A stretch of DNA of 64,000 nt, from assembly GCA_963828495.1 (NCBI GenBank), contig CAWHFJ010000013.1:7952-71951 (forward strand). The letters are read 5' to 3'. Numbering within the stretch: position 1 is the stretch's first letter; each line of letters begins with the position of its first letter. The notes beneath the pieces are model-generated. The model made no database searches. It saw only the letters and a list, made by a program, of their open reading frames with translations, and was not told the origin of the DNA. Position numbers and translations under genes: made by a program. This document shows positions 1 through 8,523 of this stretch, in pieces. Source of the stretch: Candidatus Omnitrophota bacterium (GTDB taxonomy: Bacteria > Omnitrophota > Gorgyraeia > Zapsychrales > Fredricksoniimonadaceae).

Positions 1-143
1 CAACGGCTTTCAAATTACCGTCAGGAAACTGAGAAGAAAAAAGATCAGCGAAGCATTTGTCGCGACCAACGATAGTCCCCGGCATGAGGGGACCAAAGCT
101 GCGTAGGGGCGGACCAAAGTGTCCGCCCGATCCAACTTGGCCC

Positions 144-1106
144 CTACAAAGATTCTTTTAACTGATAGAGCAATCCGGCGGCTATTTCGGGTTTAGCTAA
201 AAAATATTTTCTGGCTTTAATGATGACTTTAGAGGAAGTCCATCCCTGCTTTTGGATTTCAATAACAACGTCACAACCATACGCCTTGGCAAAAATCTTT
301 CCCGCCGCGGAGTCCGTCTTCTTGATGGTCCCTAAACGCTTGATCAGATCTAAACTTTTCTGGTAAACTTGGAATGCAGGATGCGGGATTAGGGACGTAT
401 CCTCATCATTGGCAACAGCAACCCCTATGGCTAACCCCGGCAGGAACCCCACCCCCAGCAACGTGGTTGCGACAAACATCCCGGCGCTGCGTAAGGCGGT
501 GGGCTTTAACGCTTCCACTACCACTAATCCCACGAGTTTAGGCACCCCCTCAATGTTACGGATGGTTTTATCCTTAAGGTCCACATTATAAACTTCAATC
601 AAAGGCGGTGTTTGACTATCATCCTCAACTACGACCTGTTCAATATTCAGTTTAAGGACGTCGATTTTAAAATTGGGCAAAGGCCCCTTGTTCTTTTCAT
701 GGAGCTTCTCCTGCACAATTTTAAGTTCGCTGACATTCAACTTCCCTTGTGAATTTTTGAAAATAATCATTTTATCTAAACGAAAAACAACCAGGGGAAA
801 ATGCAGTTTGCCTTTTAGGGCTTCGAAGGGGGCAATATCCACCAGTATTTCAGAGGCATTAAAAAATAATTTCGACGGGAATCCCTGCTCATTATATATC
901 CGAAAATCGGTGATGTGGATTTGATGGGTCAGAATATTTAAAGAAAGACTGCCCAGGGTGACCCTGGCGCCGATTGTCTGCGTACAGACAGCCTCGAGCA
1001 CGGGCTTAAAAATGACCTGCTGAGTAATCCAAAATACGACAATGGTCAAAAACCCTGCCCACATCCAGCGATAGAAATGGGCAGGGCCTTTGGAAGTTGT
1101 CTTCAT
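144..1106 (-). CDS. Hypothetical membrane-anchored protein (weak AsmA/DUF748-like appearance)
   Basis: ORF 144..1151. Preferred start is MKTTSKGPAHFYRWMWAGFLTIVVFWI (ATG at 1106), which avoids overlap with the upstream gene ending at 1114. It has an N-terminal TM helix followed by a beta-rich region, and no motif I can name with certainty. Confidence 0.45.
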   Translation of the reverse strand: MKTTSKGPAHFYRWMWAGFLTIVVFWITQQVIFKPVLEAVCTQTIGARVTLGSLSLNILTHQIHITDFRIYNEQGFPSKLFFNASEILVDIAPFEALKGKLHFPLVVFRLDKMIIFKNSQGKLNVSELKIVQEKLHEKNKGPLPNFKIDVLKLNIEQVVVEDDSQTPPLIEVYNVDLKDKTIRNIEGVPKLVGLVVVEALKPTALRSAGMFVATTLLGVGFLPGLAIGVAVANDEDTSLIPHPAFQVYQKSLDLIKRLGTIKKTDSAAGKIFAKAYGCDVVIEIQKQGWTSSKVIIKARKYFLAKPEIAAGLLYQLKESL

Positions 1107-1113
1107 GGCAACT

Positions 1114-1653
1114 TTAGTTATTAGCCATATAGTGCTCTTTAAGCAAAGCAATCTGCCCGGCCGGATAATTCTTGACTAACTTGCCACGGGCGTCATAAAT
1201 CGATACCCCGCCATCCGCACCCTGAAGAGAAGAATACAAAACTTGACCCTTCTCATCCTTGGCCGTAATCATGGTGTCGGTCCTTTCAAAGATCACCCCA
1301 TGGTTATTACCGGCTGCCAAAGACGTCACACGAACCTGACCTGTCTTGGCATCATAAGACATTTTGTATTTTTCTTGGCCGTTTTGGACAATACGCGATG
1401 ACGAAGGATTGGCAGACATCTCGACAGGATTTTTACCCGTCCAGAATTCGATGGAGTTAAAAACAATGGCATCAGCCAAAGTGGCAAATCCGTAAACCGG
1501 TATTAAAGCCACCACCAGGAAACAAAGTTCATCAGACCATTTATCAGATTGAGAACGGTGGAAATTATAAACCTTACGTGTCAGATTAAAAGAACCGGTG
1601 CACCCTGTGGTAAAGAAAGCAACAATCAGGATTACAGCCATTGTTTTTTTCAT
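1114..1653 (-). CDS. DUF3332-like lipoprotein
   Basis: Signal peptide with lipobox (FFTTGC). The segment ADAIVFNSIEFWTGKNP resembles the DUF3332 signature as I remember it. Confidence 0.6.
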   Translation of the reverse strand: MKKTMAVILIVAFFTTGCTGSFNLTRKVYNFHRSQSDKWSDELCFLVVALIPVYGFATLADAIVFNSIEFWTGKNPVEMSANPSSSRIVQNGQEKYKMSYDAKTGQVRVTSLAAGNNHGVIFERTDTMITAKDEKGQVLYSSLQGADGGVSIYDARGKLVKNYPAGQIALLKEHYMANN

Positions 1654-1678
1654 GTTCCCTCCTTAAAATAATTAAAGT

Positions 1679-2740
1679 TTAAACACTGGGATACGAACCT
1701 AAAATCTTTAGAAATTTGCACATCCCCTCAAGCTGATTAAGGGCGCGATGGACACGGGGATCATTTTGATGGCCTTCGCAGTCGACGAAGAAATAATAAT
1801 CCCAGGCTTTCTTTTTAGAAGGCCGAGATTCTATTTTAGTGAGGTTGATCTTATTTCTCGAAAAAGGAGTCAACATCGCATGCAAAGCCCCCACTTTGTC
1901 CTTAATAGAAAACACGAGCGACGTGCGGTCAGAACCGGTAGGCGGCACATCGAAATCCGCAATCACCAAAAAACGCGTGATATTGTGTGCGCTGTCCTGA
2001 ATATTTTTATTCAAAATCTTAAGTCCATATAAAGAAGCTGCAACCCGGGAAGCAATGCACGCCGCATTTTTTTTACGCGCCACAATTTGAGCGGCTTTAG
2101 TCGATGATACCACGGCAATCAGATGGGCCTTGGGCATGTTCTTAAGAAGCCACTGACGGCACTGGCCCAAAATCTGCGGGTGCGAATAAACCTCTTTGAC
2201 TTCTCCCCAGTGCCCTTGTGACATCAGATGATGCGTCACATCCAACAAAACCTGGGAGCAGATTTTAAGGTCTGATTCCGCCAACAAATCCATGGTATGG
2301 GTGACCACCCCCTCGATAGAATTTTCAATGGGGACAACCCCGTAATCACAATCCTTACCCTCAACCTTACTGAAGACCTCCGCAACATTATCGCACGCCA
2401 CATGTGCAACCGAGGAACCAAATCTCTTCAAAGATGCCAAATGCGAGAAGGTCGCCTCCGGCCCCATATACGCAATGCGCAAAGGTTGCTCCAAGCTCAA
2501 GGATGCCGACATAATCTCGCGGTAAATCGCTTCCACCGCCTCATTTTTAATCGGGCCCGCATTGAGTTTCTTGACGCGTTGCAATACGTCCTTCTCGCGG
2601 TCAGGCGCATAAATCGGCTTTTTATTCTTGATTTTGTCACGACCAATGGCCAACGTAATGGCTGCCCGGTCATTTAAAAGGCTGACAATCCTAGCATCCA
2701 AAACATCAATTTTTTTACGTAATTGGCTGATATTCATCAT
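1679..2740 (-). CDS. pheA: Bifunctional chorismate mutase / prephenate dehydratase (P-protein)
   Basis: N-terminal chorismate mutase helix (LRKKIDVLDARIVSLLNDRA), prephenate dehydratase core (RIAYMGPEATFSH), and a C-terminal ACT domain (TSLVFSIKDKVGALHAMLTPF...ESRPS). Confidence 0.9.
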   Translation of the reverse strand: MMNISQLRKKIDVLDARIVSLLNDRAAITLAIGRDKIKNKKPIYAPDREKDVLQRVKKLNAGPIKNEAVEAIYREIMSASLSLEQPLRIAYMGPEATFSHLASLKRFGSSVAHVACDNVAEVFSKVEGKDCDYGVVPIENSIEGVVTHTMDLLAESDLKICSQVLLDVTHHLMSQGHWGEVKEVYSHPQILGQCRQWLLKNMPKAHLIAVVSSTKAAQIVARKKNAACIASRVAASLYGLKILNKNIQDSAHNITRFLVIADFDVPPTGSDRTSLVFSIKDKVGALHAMLTPFSRNKINLTKIESRPSKKKAWDYYFFVDCEGHQNDPRVHRALNQLEGMCKFLKILGSYPSV

Positions 2741-3417
2741 TCAGAGACCTCCTCACCGGCGGAATCTTCTGGGTATAACATGTCTTTAGCAATGCGCGAC
2801 TGGCCGCTATTTTCCTGACCGGATGTTGACTCCTGCATCTGTCCAACAGATGCCTCAGATGGTGTTTCATCCCTGGGCCTATCAACGCCTAATTGATGGA
2901 ACTCTTCAATTTTAGGCAAATCTTCCAGTGATTTTAAACCAAAATATTCCAGAAACTCTTTCGTGGTGCCGTATAAAAAAGGCCGGCCGGGCACTTCTTT
3001 GCGGCCGATGATTTTAATAAGTCCCTTATTGAGCAAATGCGCGATAGTCCCGTCGGAATTGACCCCCCGGATGACCTCGACCTCCGCACGGCCCACCGGC
3101 TGTTTATAGGCAATAATCGACAAACTTTCCAATGCCGGACGGGACAGTTTTTCTTTGGTTTTGGTTTTATAAAACGCGCGGATATACGCCGCGGCATTGC
3201 TGTTGGAAAGCATTTGCCAGCCTCCGGCGATTTCCACCACCACCATGCCCGCTTCACGGTTAACATATTCCTCTTGGAGTATCTTAATCAAATCATAAAT
3301 TTGGGAGGGCCTAAGCTCGGGAAAGACTTCTTTGAACTGATCCAAAACCACGGGCTTTTCACTGACGAATAATAACGCTTCAATGGCGCTCTTATAGTTT
3401 TGAACGGATTCATCCAT
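2737..3417 (-). CDS. scpB: Segregation and condensation protein B
   Basis: Typical ScpB N-terminus (IEALLFVSEKPV) and two winged-helix segments (LSRPALESLSIIAYKQPVGRAEVEVIRGV). Confidence 0.85.
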   Translation of the reverse strand: MDESVQNYKSAIEALLFVSEKPVVLDQFKEVFPELRPSQIYDLIKILQEEYVNREAGMVVVEIAGGWQMLSNSNAAAYIRAFYKTKTKEKLSRPALESLSIIAYKQPVGRAEVEVIRGVNSDGTIAHLLNKGLIKIIGRKEVPGRPFLYGTTKEFLEYFGLKSLEDLPKIEEFHQLGVDRPRDETPSEASVGQMQESTSGQENSGQSRIAKDMLYPEDSAGEEVSE

Positions 3418-3418
3418 C

Positions 3419-4042
3419 TTAACGCCTCTGTTTATAAATTTCGTTGAGCAATTCTTCGGACGTGGCTATCGATCCCGCCTGCTCTAACGCCTTCTTAATC
3501 ATATCTTCGGCTTCCGCTTTTTTATATTGCAACTGCAATAAAATATGCAGGGCCTCTTCTTGAATATCACGCGCATCCGAGGTGGCCTTAGAGACGGTTA
3601 CAGAATCGCGCATCAGGGTAAATTTCCCCATCTTCCCCTGTAGCTTCGCCACGATTTCTTTGGCCCTTTGCCCGCCTATCCCGGGAAGGGTTTTCAAATA
3701 GGGAATGTCCCCGCGATCAATGGCCTGAGCAATTTCACCGATAGATTTATTAAGCGCTTTGACCGCCGCCCGCGGACCTATGCCGGAAACCTTGATAAAT
3801 TCCAGAAAAAAATCACGCTCGATTTCATTCAAGAACCCAACCAAAACCGGCACCCCGCTGGAAGGGGCCATCTGATAATAATGATACGTGATTAAACGTA
3901 TATTGCCATCGCTATCTTGATTTTCTTTGACCCTCTGCAGGACGGAAATGGGAGTCAAGATTTCATAACTTAATCCCCCTGTCTCGAGGATCAAGGCCGA
4001 TTCCTGTTGCCGTATAATTTTGCCTTTAATGGCCGTAATCAT
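3419..4042 (-). CDS. ruvA: Holliday junction DNA helicase subunit RuvA
   Basis: MITAIKGKII start and HhH motifs (LIKVSGIGPRAA, LKTLPGIGGQRAKEI). The ATG at 4042 overlaps the ruvC TGA (ATGA overlap). The longer ORF start at 4087 is unlikely. Confidence 0.9.
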   Translation of the reverse strand: MITAIKGKIIRQQESALILETGGLSYEILTPISVLQRVKENQDSDGNIRLITYHYYQMAPSSGVPVLVGFLNEIERDFFLEFIKVSGIGPRAAVKALNKSIGEIAQAIDRGDIPYLKTLPGIGGQRAKEIVAKLQGKMGKFTLMRDSVTVSKATSDARDIQEEALHILLQLQYKKAEAEDMIKKALEQAGSIATSEELLNEIYKQRR

Positions 4043-4524
4043 ATCAATCGATACCGCATCATATGCGCATGCCCCAATGCCAGACACAGCGCATCGCTGG
4101 CATCTAATTTAAACCTTACCGATTTGATATTCAACAGTCTTTTGACAAATTCCTGAATCTGGGCCTTAGTGGCATTGCCGTTGCCGATGAGGGCCTTACG
4201 GACGCGTTTAACACTCTGTTCGACTAGGGCGACCTTCGCTTGGGCGACGCTCAAACAAATCACCCCGCGCACATGGCCTAAAATACTGGCGGTGGCGGGA
4301 TGTTTCGAATGGGCGTATATTTTTTCCAAAACCACTACATCGGGATTATGCACCTTGAGGATCGTCGTTATATGCTGGTGGATTTTCCAAAGCCTTTGCT
4401 CGAAGAGATCGCGCGTATTGGGCTCAATGGTGCCCGCCTCGAGGATTTTGATGCCGCCGCTCGCGATTTCGACGACACCATATCCCGTGGTGATGAGACC
4501 CGGATCGATGCCTAAAATGCGCAT
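4039..4524 (-). CDS. ruvC: Crossover junction endodeoxyribonuclease RuvC
   Basis: MRILGIDPGLITTGYGVVE and full-length RuvC-like sequence. Confidence 0.92.
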   Translation of the reverse strand: MRILGIDPGLITTGYGVVEIASGGIKILEAGTIEPNTRDLFEQRLWKIHQHITTILKVHNPDVVVLEKIYAHSKHPATASILGHVRGVICLSVAQAKVALVEQSVKRVRKALIGNGNATKAQIQEFVKRLLNIKSVRFKLDASDALCLALGHAHMMRYRLI

Positions 4525-4527
4525 AAA

Positions 4528-5280
4528 TTACTCAGCAGACAATTTCGCCATTTCCTCATCGGAAATATCAAAATTGGCGTGCACGTTTTGAATATCTTCG
4601 TTCTCTTCTAAAGCTTCCAAAAGCCCCAGGATATTCCTGGCATCATTGCCTTCGACTTTGACCGTTGAGCTTGGGATCATGGTCACTTCAGCGGACGCGA
4701 TGGCGATTTTATGGGCCGTCAACGCATTTTTGACCGCTTCCAGCAGCAAGGGATCACAAAAAACTTCGAAGGAGTCTCCTTCTGTCTTAATATCATCCGC
4801 ACCGGCTTCAAGGGCCGCTTCCATCACGGCATCTTCGCTGCTTTTATTTTTTTCAATCGTGATATACCCTTTTTTAGCAAACAACCAGGCCGTGGAACCC
4901 GCTCCTGCCATGGAACCGCCCTTTTTATTCAACAGATTACGCACTTCCGCCGTGGTACGATTTTTATTGTCCGTCAAACCTTCAATGAGCATGGCCACCC
5001 CACCCGGCCCATAAGCATCAAAAACCACATTTTCAAAAACAATGCCGGGAATTTCGCCGGTGCCCTTTTTAATGGCGTTTTCGACGTTACTTTGGGGCAT
5101 ATTATATTCGCGGGCACGGGCCATCGCTGCGCGCAAACGAAAATTAGTCTCCGTACTGCCACCGCCTTCTTTGGCGGCCGCAGTGATTTCTTTGCTTAGT
5201 TTTGTAAAAAGCGCACCGCGCTTGGCGTCTTCGGCGCCTTTTTTATGTTTAATTTTTGCCCATTTTGAATGACCTGACAT
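4528..5280 (-). CDS. YebC/PmpR family DNA-binding regulator
   Basis: MSGHSKWAKIKHKKGAEDAKRGALFTKL is the canonical YebC N-terminus. Confidence 0.92.
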   Translation of the reverse strand: MSGHSKWAKIKHKKGAEDAKRGALFTKLSKEITAAAKEGGGSTETNFRLRAAMARAREYNMPQSNVENAIKKGTGEIPGIVFENVVFDAYGPGGVAMLIEGLTDNKNRTTAEVRNLLNKKGGSMAGAGSTAWLFAKKGYITIEKNKSSEDAVMEAALEAGADDIKTEGDSFEVFCDPLLLEAVKNALTAHKIAIASAEVTMIPSSTVKVEGNDARNILGLLEALEENEDIQNVHANFDISDEEMAKLSAE

Positions 5281-5314
5281 TGCCCATACCCCCTATTATG
5301 TACCCTAATTAAAT

Positions 5315-5672
5315 TAAACAAGTCAATAAGCCGAGTTCTGTAACCCCGCCTCTGTAAAGCAGCGGGGCGATGGCCATTAGACTAACACCCCGCATTTTTG
5401 CGAGGTATCTGGCAGCCTACCCGAGAATGATGGCGGGCCGGATTAAGCCCGCTTTCCGTCAAAGGTGGAAATCTTCTCCTATTTGGCATTGCTCCATGCA
5501 GAGATTGCTCGTTTCACTTCCCCCGCCAGCGGCGGAGGACATCGTCACTGTAGCTCTGATCCTACCCCGCCCAAGGGCTGGGTGTCCCGCATTATCGGGA
5601 TGCATTATCCTTTGGAGCTCGGACTTTCCTCTTCGACGCCATGGGCATCAAAGCGGCCATCCTGACTTGATT
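5315..5672 (-). ncRNA. rnpB: RNase P RNA, bacterial type A
   Basis: The minus strand contains GAGGAAAGTCCGAGCTCC (5614-5631), GCCAAATAGG, GGGTAGGCTGC and ACAGAACTCGGCTTA. A P1 pairing joins CAAGTCA (about 5663-5669) with TGACTTG (5319-5325). Ends are approximate, within about 10 nt. Confidence 0.85.
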
Positions 5673-6789
5673 TTTTTAAAACCTGACGAACCAGTCGATC
5701 AGCCTCACGGTTCTGCTCGCGCGGCAGGTGCGCAATGTGAAATGATTTAAAGCCCGTCACTAAATGTTGGACTTGCGCAAAGAGCGGTTTGATGTTCTCA
5801 TGCTTGACCGCATACTCGCCCTTGATCTGCTTACACATCAATTCACTGTCCGTGTTAACCCGGACTTCATCCGCTTTTAAAATCAACGCTTCCTGTAAAG
5901 CCACGATCAACGCCGTATATTCTGCAATATTATTGGTGCCACAACCGATGGCACGGCTCAACGTCTTGACGGTTTTGGAGCCGTTTTTAATGACTACGCC
6001 GATGGCGGCCGGCCCCGGATTACCCGAACAGCCTCCATCGGTGAATATTTTTAATTTCAAAAGTTCCTCACTCAAATATAAAATCCGCGCGCACATATCG
6101 CAGGCGATGATCTGTTCGTATTTTTTAAGTTCATTGAGGACCTGCTCTGTTAAATGCATAAAACAACCGCCGCAGGAATGATTAACCACTTTAACAATAC
6201 CCAGGCCGTCTTTATTTTTTAAGACCCGTTCATAACGGCTTAAATAATCCGGTCTGACGTCAGGTGCAATCCGCGCGCGCTGAGATTCTTTGACCTTGAG
6301 CTGATCATTGATAACCGCCACGTCATCTTCAATCTTCTTTTTGAGGGCATTGAAGTCTTTTTCATACTTGGCCACCGTAGCTTTTTCAGACTCCAGCGCA
6401 CGGCGTGCCGCTTCCACTTCATCAAAGCCCAAAAGGATTTTTTCCTCGACTTGTGACTTATCCGCCTTCAAACTCTCGATTTCTAAAAGTCTGGCTTGGT
6501 ATTCTTTGTTGGTCTTGATAAGACTCAAAGAGGCATCGGTTTTGGCGATATTTTCCTCTTTGACTTTAAGATCCAGTTCCCATTCTTTCTGCTGGACCTG
6601 GATCGCTTTTAATTTATCTTCCAGGACCTTGAGATTGATCTTTTTGGATTCAAATTCTTGCTTTAAATTCTCCACTTCAACGGGTTTATCGCGCAGTTCA
6701 CGTTTAAAACGGAAAATTTCCTCATCCATGACCTGAAGATCGACGAGCTTTCTAATTTGGTCTTTCAAATTTTGATCTGCGACCGTCAT
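5605..6789 (-). CDS. Fusion protein: COG1579-type coiled-coil/C4 zinc-ribbon domain plus RNase HI domain
   Basis: The N-terminal ~240 aa are coiled coil ending in CGGC...CDMC. The C-terminal part is KIFTDGGCSGNPGPAAIGVV...NNIAEYTALIVAL...TDSELM...REQNREADRL, an RNase H fold with DEDD-type residues. The last ~22 codons run into rnpB. Confidence 0.8.
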   Translation of the reverse strand: MTVADQNLKDQIRKLVDLQVMDEEIFRFKRELRDKPVEVENLKQEFESKKINLKVLEDKLKAIQVQQKEWELDLKVKEENIAKTDASLSLIKTNKEYQARLLEIESLKADKSQVEEKILLGFDEVEAARRALESEKATVAKYEKDFNALKKKIEDDVAVINDQLKVKESQRARIAPDVRPDYLSRYERVLKNKDGLGIVKVVNHSCGGCFMHLTEQVLNELKKYEQIIACDMCARILYLSEELLKLKIFTDGGCSGNPGPAAIGVVIKNGSKTVKTLSRAIGCGTNNIAEYTALIVALQEALILKADEVRVNTDSELMCKQIKGEYAVKHENIKPLFAQVQHLVTGFKSFHIAHLPREQNREADRLVRQVLKKSSQDGRFDAHGVEEESPSSKG

Positions 6790-6814
6790 TACATCCCTTT
6801 TTTAATTATATATA

Positions 6815-6891
6815 TGGTGGACTCAGAAGGACTTGAACCTTCGACCTTCGCCATGTGAGGGCGACGCTCTAACCAGCTGAGCCATGAGTCC
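6815..6891 (-). tRNA. tRNA-Val (anticodon CAC), CCA encoded
   Basis: The reverse complement GGACTCATGGCTCAGCTGGTTAGAGCGTCGCCCTCACATGGCGAAGGTCGAAGGTTCAAGTCCTTCTGAGTCCACCA folds by hand as a cloverleaf with anticodon loop CTCACAT. Confidence 0.9.
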
Positions 6892-6904
6892 GTCAAAATT
6901 TCAA

Positions 6905-6978
6905 TGGGCCCACCTGGACTCGAACCAGGGACCAAGAGATTATGAGTCTCCTGCTCTAACCGACTGAGCTATAGGCCC
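6905..6978 (-). tRNA. tRNA with CAT anticodon, probably tRNA-Ile2 (lysidine type) rather than elongator Met
   Basis: The reverse complement is GGGCCTATAGCTCAGTCGGTTAGAGCAGGAGACTCATAATCTCTTGGTCCCTGGTTCGAGTCCAGGTGGGCCCA. The anticodon arm closely resembles E. coli ileX. The C4-G69 and C5-G68 pairs match the TilS identity set as I recall it. No CCA is encoded. Confidence 0.8.
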
Positions 6979-7056
6979 GTCATGGTCGTACTCTATCTCA
7001 GGCTCCAAAGAAGTTCAATATTAGCATAATTATATATTTTATGGGTAGGAAAAATT

Positions 7057-7635
7057 TCAACGGGCATTAATCTTTTTTAACAACCATGCCATATTCTCGC
7101 CCAAATCTTTCATGGTCTGCAGGCCCTCTTCATCACGGGTCACATCGCCGATCTCACGGCCAAAAGCAAAATTCCAATAACTGGAACCTACCACAATCAT
7201 TTCAACAATAGTAAAAAAATGGTTCATGGTGTCAAACGCATGGATCGCGCCGCCCCGGCGGACCGCCATGACCGCGGCACCGATCTTGCGTTTGAAAAAA
7301 CTGCCGTTGGACCTTGACACCAGGCAAGCACGGTCGATAAGCGCTTTCATTTCAGAAGAAACATCCGTCACATAAACCGGGGACCCTAAGATGATAGCGT
7401 CCGCTTCCCTCATTTTATCGAGGCATTCATTGACAATGTCCCCCTCAAAAGAACAATGATTATTCTTCTTTGTAGAACACTTGTAACACGCCATGCATCC
7501 ATGAACAGTATGCCCCGCCATTTGAATTTGCTGACACTCGAAACCGCTCTTGCGTAAAGGCTCAAAAACCTTTTCAATTAAAATAGATGTGTTCCCGTTT
7601 TTGCGCGCACTGCCGTTGATGGCAACAACTTTCAT
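7057..7635 (-). CDS. Iron-sulfur flavoprotein (flavodoxin-like, NADPH-dependent FMN reductase fold)
   Basis: MKVVAINGSARKNGNT is the flavodoxin-like start. A compact Cys cluster CMACYKCSTKKNNHC (CX2CX2CX7C) follows. Confidence 0.8.
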   Translation of the reverse strand: MKVVAINGSARKNGNTSILIEKVFEPLRKSGFECQQIQMAGHTVHGCMACYKCSTKKNNHCSFEGDIVNECLDKMREADAIILGSPVYVTDVSSEMKALIDRACLVSRSNGSFFKRKIGAAVMAVRRGGAIHAFDTMNHFFTIVEMIVVGSSYWNFAFGREIGDVTRDEEGLQTMKDLGENMAWLLKKINAR

Positions 7636-7647
7636 AAGAAGACCTTT

Positions 7648-8219
7648 CTAGGCGATTTTTTCCCCCAGCTCAAAAGCCTGCTGACGGACATCAGGTTGCT
7701 TGACGATCTGGCCGGAGACTCCCGCATTCTTGACGACCAGCGAAGCATAATTCATCCTCGTGTATTCTGCTGTCAAACGAAAAGGTTTTTCAAAGACATC
7801 AAACCCCACGTCTTCATAGCCGCTTCCCAAAAAAACAAATGTCTTGCCCTTAAGCGGCGTTTCCATGGTGTTGGCTTCATTATCCCATTTATAAAGAGAA
7901 AACATCCGGTCCATCACAGCCTTTAATTGACTGCTGGCACCATAAAAGTAAAGCGGCGAGGCCATCACAATCACATCCGCCTGGGCAAAACGTGCCACAC
8001 AATCGCTGACTTCATCCTTAATAACACAGCGATACGCAGCTTTTTTTTGACAAATCCGGCAGGAGTTACAGCCCACACCTTGTGCTTAAGGTCCGCCGCG
8101 CGGATGATCTCAACGCCGGCTCCGGCAGCCCGCGCGCCTTGCGCAAACCATTCAATCAGCAAAGCCGTATTGCCGTCTTTCTTCGGACTACCGGAGATTA
8201 CCAAAATATTCTTAGACAT
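7648..8219 (-). pseudogene. Second iron-sulfur flavoprotein, interrupted by one frameshift near 8065-8080
   Basis: The N-terminal piece MSKNILVISGSPKKDGNT...AADLKHK (ATG at 8219) continues in another frame as GCNSCRICQKKAAYRC...MASPLYFYGASSQLK (ORF 7648..8076). Confidence 0.75.
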
Positions 8220-8244
8220 TGTTTTGCAGCCTTGTTGAATTTGG

Positions 8245-8280
8245 TTCAAAAACCCGCCAGTGATAAGCTGGCGGGTTTTT
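8245..8280 (-). terminator. Rho-independent terminator after the CxxC-x17-CxxC gene
   Basis: A 10-bp stem pairs AACCCGCCAG (8251-8260) with CTGGCGGGTT (8268-8277) around a 7-nt loop, followed by a T-run on the minus strand. Confidence 0.7.
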
Positions 8281-8305
8281 CAAAGAACTGCAACACTCTT
8301 TTGAA

Positions 8306-8473
8306 TCAGCGATTGCTATCTTTGTGCTTTGCAAAACAATCCTTACAATAAACCGGACGGTCTTCTCTAGGCTTAAACGGAACTTCACATTCTTTTTTGC
8401 AGTCTGCACAAACAGCTTTGTGCATTTCCCGTGGGGCTCTGTCATACCCACCTCTACCACCTTGAAAACCCAT
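8306..8473 (-). CDS. Small CxxC-x17-CxxC zinc-ribbon protein (55 aa), absent from the ORF track
   Basis: My own translation is MGFQGGRGGYDRAPREMHKAVCADCKKECEVPFKPREDRPVYCKDCFAKHKDSNR. There are exactly 17 residues between CADC and CKDC. A strong SD (AAGGAG) lies 7 nt upstream and a terminator lies downstream. Confidence 0.75.
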   Translation of the reverse strand: MGFQGGRGGYDRAPREMHKAVCADCKKECEVPFKPREDRPVYCKDCFAKHKDSNR

Positions 8474-8523
8474 ACTCTGTTCTCCTTTGTCGTTGGTGTT
8501 ATACGCTACTGGGGTTCATACTC

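Noticed and set aside
5370-5750. Plus-strand ORFs 5370..5750 (126 aa) and 5465..5665 (66 aa)
   Set aside because: They lie antisense across the RNase P RNA gene, where the conserved rnpB motifs are unambiguous on the minus strand. Their Arg/Pro/Ala-rich composition is typical of spurious ORFs in structured RNA.
8212-8460. 82-aa minus-strand ORF from the track
   Set aside because: It has low-complexity sequence and no SD. A different frame in the same region encodes a clean CxxC-x17-CxxC protein with an SD and a terminator.
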